A stretch of 64,000 bases of DNA from Podarcis bocagei (lineage: Eukaryota): the NCBI GenBank assembly GCA_964188305.1, contig OZ076894.1, one strand, 5' to 3'. This document shows positions 37,421 to 50,272 of this stretch, in pieces (the first letter of the stretch is position 1; each line of letters opens with the position of its first letter). The notes beneath the pieces were generated by a model. That model searched no databases. It saw only the letters and a list, made by a program, of their open reading frames with translations, and was not told the origin of the DNA. Both the position numbers and the translations under genes were made by a program.

Positions 37421-39437
37421 CCTGTGGTTTCCCCCTCCCTGGTATCTTTTATGAGCAATGATTTCCTTGAACTTCCACCCCAGATATTTGTGCAAGGGGA
37501 AAAAATCCCATGGTTCTCCCCCTTATTTCCCCCTCTCTTAAAAAAAACACATGTCTCATTATGTTTGGGTTTCCTCTTTCTGAGTTATGGAGTTTTTATT
37601 CCCCCTCTCCCTCTTGGTTCTGTTATTCCATGTGCTTAAAGAAGGAACACTTGGCCATAAAAGAAATATCTTTTTGCTCAAGACTGTAAACACTGACTTT
37701 TGGTGTGCGCACAGAGCCAAGTGCAATCTTCAAGTGTCCCTTCTGCTTTGCATACCAAGCAGGCAATCAGCAGTGGATGTACATCCCCAATTTTGCTATT
37801 TATGGTTGGTTCATTTTGTGTAAACAGATAACTAGGACCCTGGGAGAAATGGATAGCACATAATGATTTGTGTCAGCTAGTTCTCATGTTGTAATATCAA
37901 GTTTTGAAATAGTATTGTATTAGACTTCCTATCGTGCACTCCTAGGCTTCCACTTTGAGGAAGGCAAGGGGGCAGTTGCCCCCTTTCCAGATTAACAAAA
38001 ATCCTTAGATTGCAAGCTTTCTTTCATTCTTATTAAAGAGGATTTTTCTAGCATTTGCAAAATCTGGACTACTTTTTTTTATTACTCCTTTCATTTTTAC
38101 ACTGCTTTATATTCTTGAGAACAAAAAAAAATCTCAAAGTGGTTTACAAACTACATTAAAACATCAAATAAAGCAGTCCAGAAGAAAACATTGCAGAATA
38201 AAGTTATATATAAAGTATACATCAAAAGAAACACAATTGACAGGGAACTAAAATATTATCTTGAAGATAATCAAAACAAAACATTACAAAGGAGGTCAAG
38301 TACAGAATAAACATTTAATGCAGCAAAGTTTACAAAAAAAAGTTATGAGACAATGTACAGTTCTATGGGGGGGGGGAATTTGCACACTCTCCTGAATGCA
38401 CTCCTATTTACTCAGAAGTAAATCCTGTTAAATTCAGTAGGGCTACTCACAAGTGTCTATAGGACTGGGCACAATGGGATTTACTTCCCTGTTATCATAT
38501 GTAGAATCGGATTCCACATTTGATTTTACCAATGAAAACCCTTTGGAGATTTTTGTTACTTTTACTAATCTCACTGCCCCACCTTCCCCTATGAATACTT
38601 TTAACAGCATATCACTTCAATGCTGGTAAGACGTCAAAGAAAAGCTGTAGACAATCCATTTATAACCCTCCTGTCCCCACACACCAAACAGATTGTTAAG
38701 CTTGCCCCATACATCAGAAAAATTCCTGACATGTCCTGGTTTTCGGGTGTAAAAATGGCATCGGGGGGAATTTTGACAAATTGGCAAAATGTCAGGGGAA
38801 ACGTGGGTATATGGCAACGCGACGGAAAAAGCAGTGGAAACGGTTCCAAAAGCTTAAAATCACTATTTTTGGGTTAGGTTTCCCAAAGAAGCCTCAACAA
38901 TTTTGGTGGCTGTCAGAAAACCCTAAGATTGTGGCATGATCCATGGCTGCATAACACCATGAACATAGCAGATTAGACCTTTAAATGAATCTAAGGGCTG
39001 TTCTGTGCATTGTCAAATTCCTACAGAGAAGCCATTTCTGAATAAAAATGTGACTGCTCTCACAGCCCGGGAGAAAGGAGCACTTAAGCCAATTTAAAAG
39101 AAATGTAGATTGTCACAAAGCACAAAAATGTGCACACATGGAGATCATCACTGATCTACATGAAATATTCACACAAACAACAACATGGGAATTCCCTGTA
39201 TGTAGGAATTCTGTAATGAACAAAGCTGGTCCTCCCAGATTGGCCTGTTTGTTGTGGCTTCTCCTTGCCCCATGTGTGGTTGCCACTGAAATTCCTCTAA
39301 AGTTTCCACTGAAATCAATAGGACATAAGCCATGACGAACTTTAAACATTGATTTCAGTTAGTTTCAATTGTACTTAGGTCCAATTACTTAGTTATAGGT
39401 TGTACATTATGTTCCACTAACACTGCAATCCTATATG

Positions 39438-39454
39438 AATAATAATAATAATAA

Positions 39455-39502
<48 letters not shown>

Positions 39503-39503
39503 T
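39438..39503. repeat. (AAT)n/(TAT)n microsatellite, tail of a minus-strand LINE end
   Basis: Direct reading; adjoins tttataccccgcccatctggctg. Confidence 0.9.
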
Positions 39504-39868
39504 ATACCCCGCCCATCTGGCTGAGTTTCCCCAGCCACTCTGGGCGGCTCCCAATCGAGTGTTAAAAACAATACAGTGGTACCTAGGGTTAAGTACTTAA
39601 TTTGTTCCAGAGGTCCGTTCTTAACTTGAAACTGTTCTTAACCTGAAGCACCATTTTAACTAATGGGGTCTCCCGCTGCCACTGCGCCGCCAGAGCATGA
39701 TTTCTGATCTCATCCTGAAGCAAAGTTCTTAACCTGAAGCACTATTTCTGGGTTAGCGGAGTCTGTAAACTGAAGCGTATGTAACCTGAAGCGTATGTAA
39801 CCTGAGGTACCACTGTACAGCATTAAATATAAAAAACTTCCCTAAACAGGGCTGCCTTCAGGTGTCTC
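39500..39868 (-). mobile_element. L2-type LINE 3' end interrupted by a Tigger-type MITE
   Basis: tttataccccgcccatctggctgagtttccccagccactctgggcggct...aacttccctaaacagggctgccttcag, split at a TA by 39574-39815. Confidence 0.7.
39574..39815. mobile_element. Tigger/pogo-type MITE
   Basis: TA|CAGTGGTACCT...AGGTACCACTG|TA; near-identical to 18811-19041. Confidence 0.9.
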
Positions 39869-41323
39869 TGCTCCGAAGTTATGCAATGGTGGGGCTTACT
39901 ATGTAAGAACATAAGAGCACAGGAAGTGTCCTGCTAGATTAGACCAAAGGCCTATCAGGTCAATTATTCTGCTTCCACATTGGCCAAGCAGATGCTAATG
40001 AAAAGCCCACATGAAGCACATGAGCACAATAGCATGCTCTCATGTGTGCCCATGCAACTGGTATTCAGAAACATGCTGGCCCTGATCCTGGAAGAAATGT
40101 GTAGTCAGCTTGACTTGTAGTCATGAATTGGTCTAACCCCTTTTTAAACTGCCCAAGTTGCAGAGAAGAGAAATAGGAAATACGCAAGCAGATTTCCATT
40201 CTGCAAGTGGGCAAACATCATTGGCTCTTGTGCAATATGCTTCAACTGACGATATGTTCTGATATATAGAAGATGTTGCAGGAACTGCACAACTTATGTT
40301 GCATAGATTTCAAAAACAGTGTAGGCAAAAATGCTATTTTGGAAACAATTGGAAACAATGTGAGCAGTTAGGTCCTCTCTTTTATGCATGGTGAGCTTGT
40401 TTCTAGTGTTAAATAAAAATGGGAAGCTTCTGCCCTAAAAGGGGCCTTAATATTGTTGCCATTAACAGTACTCTTTCATTGACAAGTAGCAATCTTGATC
40501 AAGATCATGTATGGGGGAAAGACTCAACAGAACCATCCCCCAGAAGTAACCGTCTTACCTGGGTTCACCCCCAGCTACTATGGTCACAACCACACCTACC
40601 ATTAAAGCGCATTTAAAGCACACTTAAAGCACATGGTTTCTCCCAAGACTCCTGAGAATTGTCATTTGTTAAGGGTGCTGAGAATTGTAGCTCTGTGAGG
40701 GTTAAACTTCAGCTCCCAGGATTCTTTGGGCTTTAAAAGCATGGTATGGGGGTGAGAAGCAACAACAAAGCCCATGTTTTTCATGAATCTTCCACTTTGG
40801 CCTTTAGCTGCTCCTGTTGCAAATCCTGGAAAAAGATTCACAAAGACTTGCTGTTAAGACTTGCTCAGCATTAGCCATCTAAAATTTTGTGGGCTGCAAC
40901 CTTTTTCACTGATAAATTTGCCAAAGCATGGGAGGTCTGTGTTCATGCACAAACTAAACTATTTATTCATTGGTTAGATTTGTACCTTGCTTTTCCACCT
41001 AAAGGTGATCAAAGTGCAATAATATAGATACAAGAAAATGCAAGAAAACAGCAAGAAAATGCAAAGTAAAAACAAATTAATAAAAGCAAAGAAAGAGTTA
41101 GGACATTCTCTTCCCCCCCCTTCATGATGTACTGTATTATTCAGCTATAAATCTCTCAGTTAACCCCAACTACTGCATATTTAGTAGATACCACCCTAAA
41201 AGCCAAAGTGCTGTCTAAATAGAATTTCTTTGCTCCTAACTGGACAGTCTCTAGAAAACTTGTTGTGTCTCCCTTAGCAAGGAATTACAGGGCCAAGGAG
41301 AAGCCACTGAGAAGGCCCTCTGT

Positions 41324-41482
41324 CATAGGTGCCAACTCCCTGGGGCCCTGAGTGCCCGAGCACCCACAAAATTCCCCATGAAGGGGCCGGGCACCCACAA
41401 ATTTTGGTGCCAGGGCCATGCATACTGTATGGCACCCATGGCCCTGGGCACCCACAGTCGCAAGGCCAAGTTGGCACTCCTG
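41324..41482. mobile_element. hAT-type MITE
   Basis: cataggtgccaact...agttggcactcctg termini; gcaccca internal repeats; imperfect 8-bp TSD ccctctgt/ccctccat. Confidence 0.7.
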
Positions 41483-44079
41483 CCCTCCATGTAGTTCCTG
41501 CCAAATGTTTTTCAGGTGTTGGTGGGACAGAAAGGAGGGCCTCTGCTGAGGAGATTAAAAACCAGACAAACTTGTATGGGAGAATGTGGCCTCAACCTAA
41601 GTCATGAGGGTATTTGGAAGTCATAACCAGCACTTTGAATTGCACCCAGTGTGTGTGGCATGGAATGTGTGTGGCATGGAATGAAGGAAATCATGACAAA
41701 TTTGTTTTATCTCTTTGTTATTCTTCACATTCTTGTAATCCCGATTAGAGAAATATGAAACTGACGCATTATACGTGTCAATACTGAACTCAGTGAACCA
41801 GGATGTACCGGTAAATGCTTCATTTCTTCCTATGTCATGTCTTATGACTTTCCTTTTGTTACTTCCATGGTATGTCCTATTTTGTTCTAGCAAAAGTCTC
41901 AATAAATATATTGATTAAAATAAAAAGGTAAAGGACCCCAGATGGTTAAGTCCAATGATCAATGAGATACTGGTGGTAGTAGTAGTCTACAATAACTGGA
42001 GGGCACCACATTGGAGGCTCTTGATACAGCATTGGAGAGCCTGTGGATCAATTTTAGAATCAAGCATGGAAAATGGCTGTGTTCATTTGTGAGAAGCAGA
42101 TTTTTATTTTTATTTACCAGCTCCCTCAAAGTCTCCTGAGTGTGTGGCAAGCAAAACGGCAAGTTCTGCTTGTGGCAAATATATCAGAGCAGGGCATTAT
42201 GTAGGAAGAAGGAAAACAGAAGCGTGCAGACATGTCTTATGCTGCAATAATCACCTTAGTAATCTAGGCAACCTGACTGATGGTCAGAGAAACTCAGCAT
42301 CAGTGTTGTATCACATGCCTCCTGGTGCAACACAAAAATCTACTTATTTGGCAAGTTTTGGTGTGACAAACAAACACTACAAACCCTCACAGCACTGTTT
42401 TAATATCAGTCTAGTCAACTGAAAGATTCTCACCTCCTAGGGGGTACAATTTAGGCCAAGTTTCAACTGGTTGAAATAAGAAGAAATAGCAAGCAACTAT
42501 ATTTAAGCCATTAGAGGCAGAAAACATTTTGCTAGCCCATAGGTGAGAGACCTTATTGTACTAATGACAACACCATGAGATGGCAGCATTGTTTACAGCT
42601 GCAGCAGAAAGAATGGAGGCAGCCAAAAAATGGGAAGTCTCAACAGGCTACACAAGTCAAAGCTGGTGTGTGAGGATTTGGCAAATCATATTAGCTGAGA
42701 ATTTGACCCACTTTCTGAGCTGACCTGCTTACCTAATTTGGGTCAAATAACAGTTAAGTAGTTACTGTAGCTGGGTTTAATATTAAATTTTCTTGTGCTT
42801 TTTCAGTCTTCTACACTGACTTGATGCCTACCATCCATCTATTATCAGCATATTCTCAACATAGTTATATTAATTTTATTTTTAAATGATGCATTGTTTT
42901 GCATACATCATCTCAGTAATAATATTTACAACACTTTATGGAAGGTCATCATTTTTATTATTGTAGAAAGAGTCTGGAGCTGACAAATTATAGTAAAGCT
43001 ATGAGAGAGATGAGGTTCAAGGGAGAGATGAGAAATTGGTGGCTTCTTGGTTCACAGATCAGATAGCAGCTCTCAAACTATAAGCATCTAAATGAGGTCA
43101 TTGGGTAATTCACACCTAGTGAATTTTGCAACGGGTTCTCTGTGGATCATTAATTAGCACTTCAGTTTTTATTGCCTTGCTAATTTTCATAGGATAAGTC
43201 ACTGAAATCATGCAAATTTGTAGAATGCCGTTACTTATCTTTAAACCCAAACATCAAATAAGCCAACAAGACCTCAAGTATAGGTAGTATGGAATAAAAA
43301 AATAGTCATGATGGCTAAATATGGTCTTTTATTTATCTGAATGAAGAAAAGAAAGTGATTTTGCAATGAGGGAAAGAACCATAATTTCAAAATCATAGGA
43401 GCCAATACAGACTAAGCAGATGAGTTTATTTTATTTTATTTAAATGACTTCATTTTGGGAAATTACAAAACCTGGGAAGTTTTGAGTTGCCACTAAGCTG
43501 TAGTGAAGTATTTTGTTCCAGTGTTGTTCATGAAGCTGCCAGGAAAAATGAATTGCAGCCCATAATTTTATATTTATATTGTTTCTATTCCAGAAAGTCA
43601 TAGATGCTTGCTGGCACAGGCTAGATGTCCTGCATTCTTCATTCTTCTTCATTCTGCTGTGGTGGTGGTTGTTTTCCCCCCTATTTTCTCTCCCCATCTC
43701 ACTTGGTTCCTGATCCAGCCATGAAGGGCATGGTCTCACCCGTACAGGATGTAGTCTTCACACTTGGCCTCCCGTGGTGCTGCTTACCTTTTATACTGCT
43801 GTGTTTCTGTGATCCTAGTTTTTCTTGATAGTTCCCTACTGGGCCAATCACAGCTGCCATCTGGACAAATCTTTAGCATTACCATACTACAGATCATGCA
43901 TGAGACCTGACCAGCTGTTTTCTCCACTTGCTCCCTGCTATATAAGATCACATGAAGGAAATTCTATGTAAACTGAACTATACCTGAAAAGAGTTCACAG
44001 CAGCCTGCAACCATTTCTGGTATTTAGGGACTGAAGAGATCGTGTGGTCACAGGACTAATTCAGTTGCATGTCAAGTGA

Positions 44080-44730
44080 TACCTGCTCCTTCAAGGGGAG
44101 TATAACCCATCGAGAGCGCAGGCCACTTCCCACCCATCCAATCTAGGGAACTGCCCACAGTGCCTCAGTCTTATCTGGATTGAGCTTCAGTTTGTTAGCC
44201 TTCATCCAGTAAATTTCCAAGGGAAGAAAATGGTCCAGCACATTCCCTGACATCCCTGTAGATGTAAAGGAGAAGCAGAGCTGTGTGTCATCAGCATATT
44301 GCTGACAACATACTCCGAAACTCCATATAACCCCGCTCAGTGGTTTCATGAAGATGATGAACAGCATTGGGGATAAAATTAAACCCTGAGGAACCTCACA
44401 CTGAAGGCTCTATGAGGCTGAGGAGCACTCCCCAAGCATCACCCTCTGGAAATGACCATCCAAATAGGACTGGAACTACAGCAAGCGGTGGTACACACCC
44501 CCAACGTGGACAGCCACTGCAGAAGGACACCATGGTATCAAAATTTGCTGAGAGGTCAAGGAGAATTAACAGACACATTTCCTCATTTCTCTCCCAACAG
44601 AGGTCATCATGCAGTGACCAAAGCAAAACCAGACCTAAACTCCAATTCAAATGGATCTAGAAAATCAGTTTCCTCCAAAAGGGCCTGGATCTGGTCCACA
44701 ACATCTGCTCAAGAATCTCCTATCTCCACT
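44080..44730 (-). mobile_element. L2 LINE reverse-transcriptase fragment, degenerate
   Basis: Minus-strand ORFs with LLILLDLSANFDTM and QQYADDTQL...WMKANKLKLNPDKTE, interrupted by frameshifts. Confidence 0.88.
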
Positions 44731-46762
44731 TGTCTACCACCCACATCAGAAAGGGAATATTAGACCTTACCAGTAGCTTTGGACAGTGATTCTTATTCAT
44801 TTGTGTAGTTATGAGGTTGAAATAAAATGTAGCCATTTGCTTGATTTCTGCTGACAGGGCATAGGAGCTGCTCTGGAAAGACTCAAAGAAGTCAACAAAG
44901 GAAAGAATTAAAAAGAGTAGGACAAATCATAGAGAACATAAATGGAACTGGGACAAGTTCTGCTCTGGTGTGAGGCTAACAAACCTCATGGGGTCAGAAC
45001 AGAAGACCAATTGGTTCCTTGTTTTGGAACATAAGAGTGCAATGGGTTAAGTGGCTCCCATGAATAGACCCCCATTCTTAGCCTTTGGAGTCTTAAATTT
45101 CCATTCCCCAGCTGCCGCCAGACCTGTTTCCTGTAAACTCTGCAATCCAGACTTCATCAACTTGGTGCTGTTCAGCTATTTTGGACTACAACCCCCATCA
45201 TCCCCGGCAGACACATCTGGGAAGCTTGGCAAAGGTTGGAGTACTCAGGACACTACAGTTTGTATTCAGGCAATCTTACTATATGCCAGCTCCAGAAAGC
45301 ATTCTATGCCTTGATTTTAGCTGTTTATTTAATTTAAGAAACGTCAAGCTCGCCTTTTCATTTCTTAAGCAAACAAACAAACCTCAGGGTGGTTTACAGA
45401 GCAAATTGGGGAAAACAGGACTGGGAACGTTAGGAAGGTTGGAAAAAACCCTCAGATGACTGAGTCCAGACTCATAAGCATTACAAAGCTAGAGGCATAT
45501 GTCACTTGTCTGGCTCACTATAAGACTCGATCATTGCATCAGTCCTCGGATTCATTCTATGAACAGATTTTTTTTCTGAAGGAAAGGCATTGATATGCTC
45601 AGAGTTTGATGAGATCCAACCCTTTCAGACTCAGAAGTGTGTAAGAGGGAGTAAGAGGGAGGGAGGGAGGGAGGGAGGGAAATGTGTTTTCCCCCAATCC
45701 TATCTGGGGTTCCTAGGGATTGAACCTGGGACCTTCTACATGCCAAGCACTGAGCTCTGGCCCTTCCCTGATTTCCCTATAGAATAAATTGTTGACCTAT
45801 GCTACAAGCTGAAAGGCATTCAAACCTGCCACCTTCAGGGAGAAGCGGTCACTTTACTTGGCTATTTCACCTCCCTCAAAGCTCGCTGCAGGGAAATTTA
45901 AGCATCTGTAAGAATGAGGAGGAAATATGGAACTGATTGTCCTGAAAATTTAAGACCCCAAAGAAATACAATAGAAATAATTCCCCTGGCTCCATATTTC
46001 CTGTGGAACTGAACACTGACATCTTCATCTCAGCTCTTAATGCTGTCAAGTGATCATTAATTCTTAGAACTGCCTAGGGTGTAAACATTGCTGCTTTATG
46101 GAGAGCCTTGGTTTATTTAAAAACATTTTCTTTTGCCATAATTCTCACTTGCAACTTGTAAGTGATGTCCTCTTGGAATTGTACATTTTGGAAACACCAG
46201 GACTTTGCTCTGAGTGCATGTAATGAAAGCCATTTGTAATTTCTCTTCCAGCTTTCAGACTGAAATGCTTGCAAACTGACTTATTCTGTAACTCGATCTT
46301 TACTACATTTTCTTAAAAAGTCACATTATTCCCAAACAAGCCTGATTAATTCAGAATATAATAGCTCTGCCAGCGCTGGATTGATCTATTTATTATGCAT
46401 CCAAAAGGTGGCCAGCCAGATGTTTTTGGGAAGGTAGCAACCACCCAGCTGTTTGTCCTCAAAATCTGATATTCAGAAGCATATTGCATCGGAACAGAGG
46501 GATTCCATTTGGTGAATAATTTAATTACCACCTAGTCCAAAAGCCCTCCAGAAAACTGAAGTTTTAACAGCACATGTGAAAATTGGCAGAAATGAGCTGC
46601 TGCATCAGATGTAGTCCAGTATTCTGTTTCCCACAGTGATCAGTCAGATGTCTCTGGGAATCCCACAAGCAGGACACACGACCAATAGCTCTCTTCTCTT
46701 CTTGTTCGCCACAGCTGGTGCTCAGAGATCTGATGCCTCTGAGAGTGAAGTAGCCATTCAGA

Positions 46763-46899
46763 ATGGGCTTCCTCAAACTCAGCCCTCCAGACGTTTTGAG
46801 GCTACAATTCCCATCATCCCTGACCACTGGTCCTGCTAGCTAGGGATCATGGGAGTTGTAGGCCAAAAACATCTGGAGGACTGAAGTTGAGGAAGCCTG
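46763..46899. mobile_element. Palindromic hAT MITE inserted in a CR1 3' end
   Basis: Fold-back element with 8-bp TSD CATTCAGA; same family as 58737-58872; older relatives at ~200-282, 3165-3303, 58881-59018 and 63405-63530. Confidence 0.85.
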
Positions 46900-48832
46900 C
46901 ATTCAGAGACATGCTTCCTCCCATCCAAGTGGCCATTGATAGCCTTATCCTCCATCAATTTATCGAATCCTCTTTTAAAGCCATCTAAGCTGGTGGACAT
47001 ATCCACATCTTGTGGTAACGACAGAGAACAGCATAGGAGGTGGGTCTGAGACCTGCCTGCAGAGGATAGGGAAATCTAGAAAAATCAGCTCCACTGGAAG
47101 CCTCTGACAAATAATGGGTCTGGGTTCAACCTTTGGAATTTTCTTTAAGGGCTCTTGAGTAACAGGAATATCAGACTTCATTTCTATCGATGAGGGGGAA
47201 ACCAGGAGAGTTAAGCCTATTTAGTATGTGCTCTGCTATATCTTCTTAAAAAGCATTCTGTGTTACCTAGGGCCTATTAAAACCTGGCTTCAGTGGTTAA
47301 GGAAACATAGTGTGACTTCTGAGCAGCAATTGCATTTGCAAAAAAGATCAGTACAGTACAGAGATGCTCTGCACATGAAAGAAGCTTCAGTGTGGATTGT
47401 ACCCACGCCATTAAACAGACATTTACAGGCTTGTGAGAAACTCTTGACATTTTGTGTACAGGGAACTGTCTTTCCTACAATATGTAAAGGAAGAGAATAC
47501 TTGGCTTGGCTTTCACACAGCTCTATCAAGTGGCCTAACCTGTTTACAGTGTGATTGACTACTCCATGGAAAGACCACAGATCTCTCTGTCTCTCCTCAT
47601 TTATTGACTTAGTAAAGTTATTGCCAAGCAATTGTGATGAGGGTTTTATGATTTCTTTGAGGCAAGTAATACGGGGACAAAGTTATCCAGAATAAGTGAC
47701 CTTATAAAGGTGAGGGTGGAATTCAACATCACATTATGACAATCATTCCATCAGCTCAAGCATTTCTACTGATCTCCTCCTCTCCCCCCCCCCCCCGTGC
47801 TGTTGTGGGAGTTTTCTCAACCCTCCAGAGTGGAATTGGGGGAGGAGTCCACACACTGGATTCTGCTGGCAGGACAGCTCAGTTAAATCTAGCCTTGCAT
47901 GTATATTGAACAATGAAAACAAAGATGGGCTCTAAGACTTCGTGGTGTGCATAACTAAGCCTGCATAACTATACCCACTTACCTGAGAGAAAGTCCCACT
48001 GAATTCAATGGGATTTACCTCTGAGACATAAGGGTAAAAGTCAGTTCACAAAGGCCCTTCGAGGGAAAATGGAAGCAGGAGCAGGGGATTTACAGTGAGT
48101 TGGCAAATGTTTCTATGAACTTTTTTTTTTACATTCACCACTGGAAATGCTGCCCACAATATGTAAAAAAAGACACAATACCCAGAAGAGTGCCACCAGA
48201 TCCTTAAAGAGGAAAGCCCACAATTTTCACATACCATTGTCCTGTAAGTAGACAGAAGCCCCCAAGGACAGTGTTCATGTGCTGGGGATTGTATAAAACT
48301 ATCTGCTAAGAACAGTTTCTGTAGTTTGCTCCGTGTGCTTATGTAAATTTAAGCTCCCCTAATCTTTTAATACAGTTTTGTCCTGTTTGTACTCTTGTTA
48401 ATCCGCTGGCTTCCACAGGGCCGCCAATATTTTATCAGTTCTAACAGGTGCAAGTCAAGGTATGAAGGTACTGGGCTTCTGAGACAGGGAAGTGAAACAG
48501 GAGAAGGGCAGATGGAGAGTCGAGAGGGAGATAACAAGTTTATCAAAAGATTTAAGTGTTGCAGGAAACGTCTGCAGTTCAGCTCTCTTAAGCTCTGCTT
48601 GTTTGCACCCTCTTTTAACTTGTGTTTAGCCTCTTTTTCACTTTCTGTTTTGAGACTATATTTACTGAGTTTTATAAATGCTGTATAATCAAGAGGTGCA
48701 GTTTATACAAGGAGCAATGGACCAAATATAGAAACCAAAACACAAGCCACTCAGGCAGACAACCCAAGTTATCAGTATGCACAGTGGCGGGTGGCAGGGT
48801 GGGGCAGAACCATGGAGACAGCCTTCCTTCAT

Positions 48833-48922
48833 CATAGCTGCCAGCTTTTCCATTTTTTAAAGGGAAATTCCCTTATTTCGAATAGGATTCCTCTCAAGAA
48901 AAGGGAAAAATTGACAGCTATG
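48833..48922. mobile_element. 90-bp hAT MITE
   Basis: CATAGCTGCCA...TGACAGCTATG TIRs; perfect 8-bp TSD TCCTTCAT. Confidence 0.88.
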
Positions 48923-49448
48923 TCCTTCATTGGTGTCATTGCAGCTTGCCTGGATGATGCTGGGGCAGGGAAGGGTCATGACAAAGTCAGGGCTTCGTGG
49001 ATATACAGGTGGAGCATGCACATAGCCCTGACTTTACCTTCATCCTGCCCCACTGCTGCATTCAGGTAAGATGCAGTCAGGCCAATGACAGGTCACAGCA
49101 TATGGAGTTCATAGCTACAGGAAAACAGAGGTAAATGACACTGGAGAAACCACATCCATCAGAAAGATACAACGCAAGTGCAGAAGACACACTGCCGCCG
49201 CCATCACCAATGAACTGAAATAACTGGTCCAGTCAGGGTCTTCCCTTCCATCAGTAGAAGGGAACCAGCATCACATGCTAGCCAAATGCACAGACAGTGA
49301 GAGCATGAATGCTGCACGCATGAGAGCAGGGCTAGCCCACATGGCCCCACAAGCTCTGCATTCATTTCTATCCATACATTGGGGATCATCTTTAACCCTT
49401 TAAGTTTTTGTGGATGGGAGTGAATCTTTGTGAAGTTTGCTTCTGTAT

Positions 49449-50272
49449 TGTTATGAGTTTGTGGGGTGCCGGGCCCCCCTTCTAATTCCTAGATGTTAGA
49501 ATTTATTCAGTGCTTGGAGTATTGAAGTGAACTGCTAAGTGCTGGATTTAGTGAAGTGCTAAAATATAGGCCAAACCAGCTTTCCCGGTCAAGGAAACCC
49601 GCTTCGGAGAAGACCATCAAGGAGAACAAAAGAAATGTAATGGCCAAGTCGTTAAGCAAACAAAGACAGGGATATGCACTATTAGCCAAGGCTCTGTACC
49701 AGATGGCAGAGAGCTGGGCCCTCTCCTTCAGCAGAGCTGAGTTTCAGCAATGCAGTTCAGCTTTATGGAGCAGGAGGAAAAGTTAGTTGCAGTTTTCAAG
49801 TAGCATCTAGCTGGAGAAGAAGGTATCAGAGCTATGGGGGCTAGCAGTCTAAATCCAAGGCAGCAGCTGTGGGAGAAGCTGGACCCTCTTGGAGTGTAGT
49901 GCTGGAATTCCCTCCACTGTAGGCTCAGGTTGTATATATGTGTAAACAAACCATATATCATAAAGACCCCACAGTCTCTACTTTGCCTCATTTACAAAGG
50001 AAACACAAATAAAAAAATTCCTTCCAGTAGCACCTTAAAGACCAACTAAGTTAGTTCTTGGTATGAGCTTTCGTGTGCATGCATGCACACGAAAGCTCAT
50101 ACCAAGAACTAACTTAGTTGGTCTTTAAGGTGCTACTGGAAGGAATTTTTTTATTTTGACTATGGCAGACCAACACGGCTACCTATCTGTAAAAGGAAAC
50201 ACAAACGCTGGGTAAATTCCTGGACCCCTGGAATCCTGCATTGCACAGCAGAGATTGGGGTGGTGCGTGACA
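49449..50272 (+). mobile_element. Solo LTR (Gypsy-like) carrying a Penelope-type insertion
   Basis: TGTTATG...CGTGACA termini; flanks GTAT/ATAT; related to 25359-25845. Confidence 0.65.
50007..50191. mobile_element. Penelope-like terminal-repeat insertion forming a 150-bp perfect palindrome
   Basis: cacgaaagctcata...gtctttaaggtgctac...gaccaacacggctacc matches reptile Penelope pLTR ends; TSD AAAGGAAACAC(AAA) at 49996 and 50192. Confidence 0.85.
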
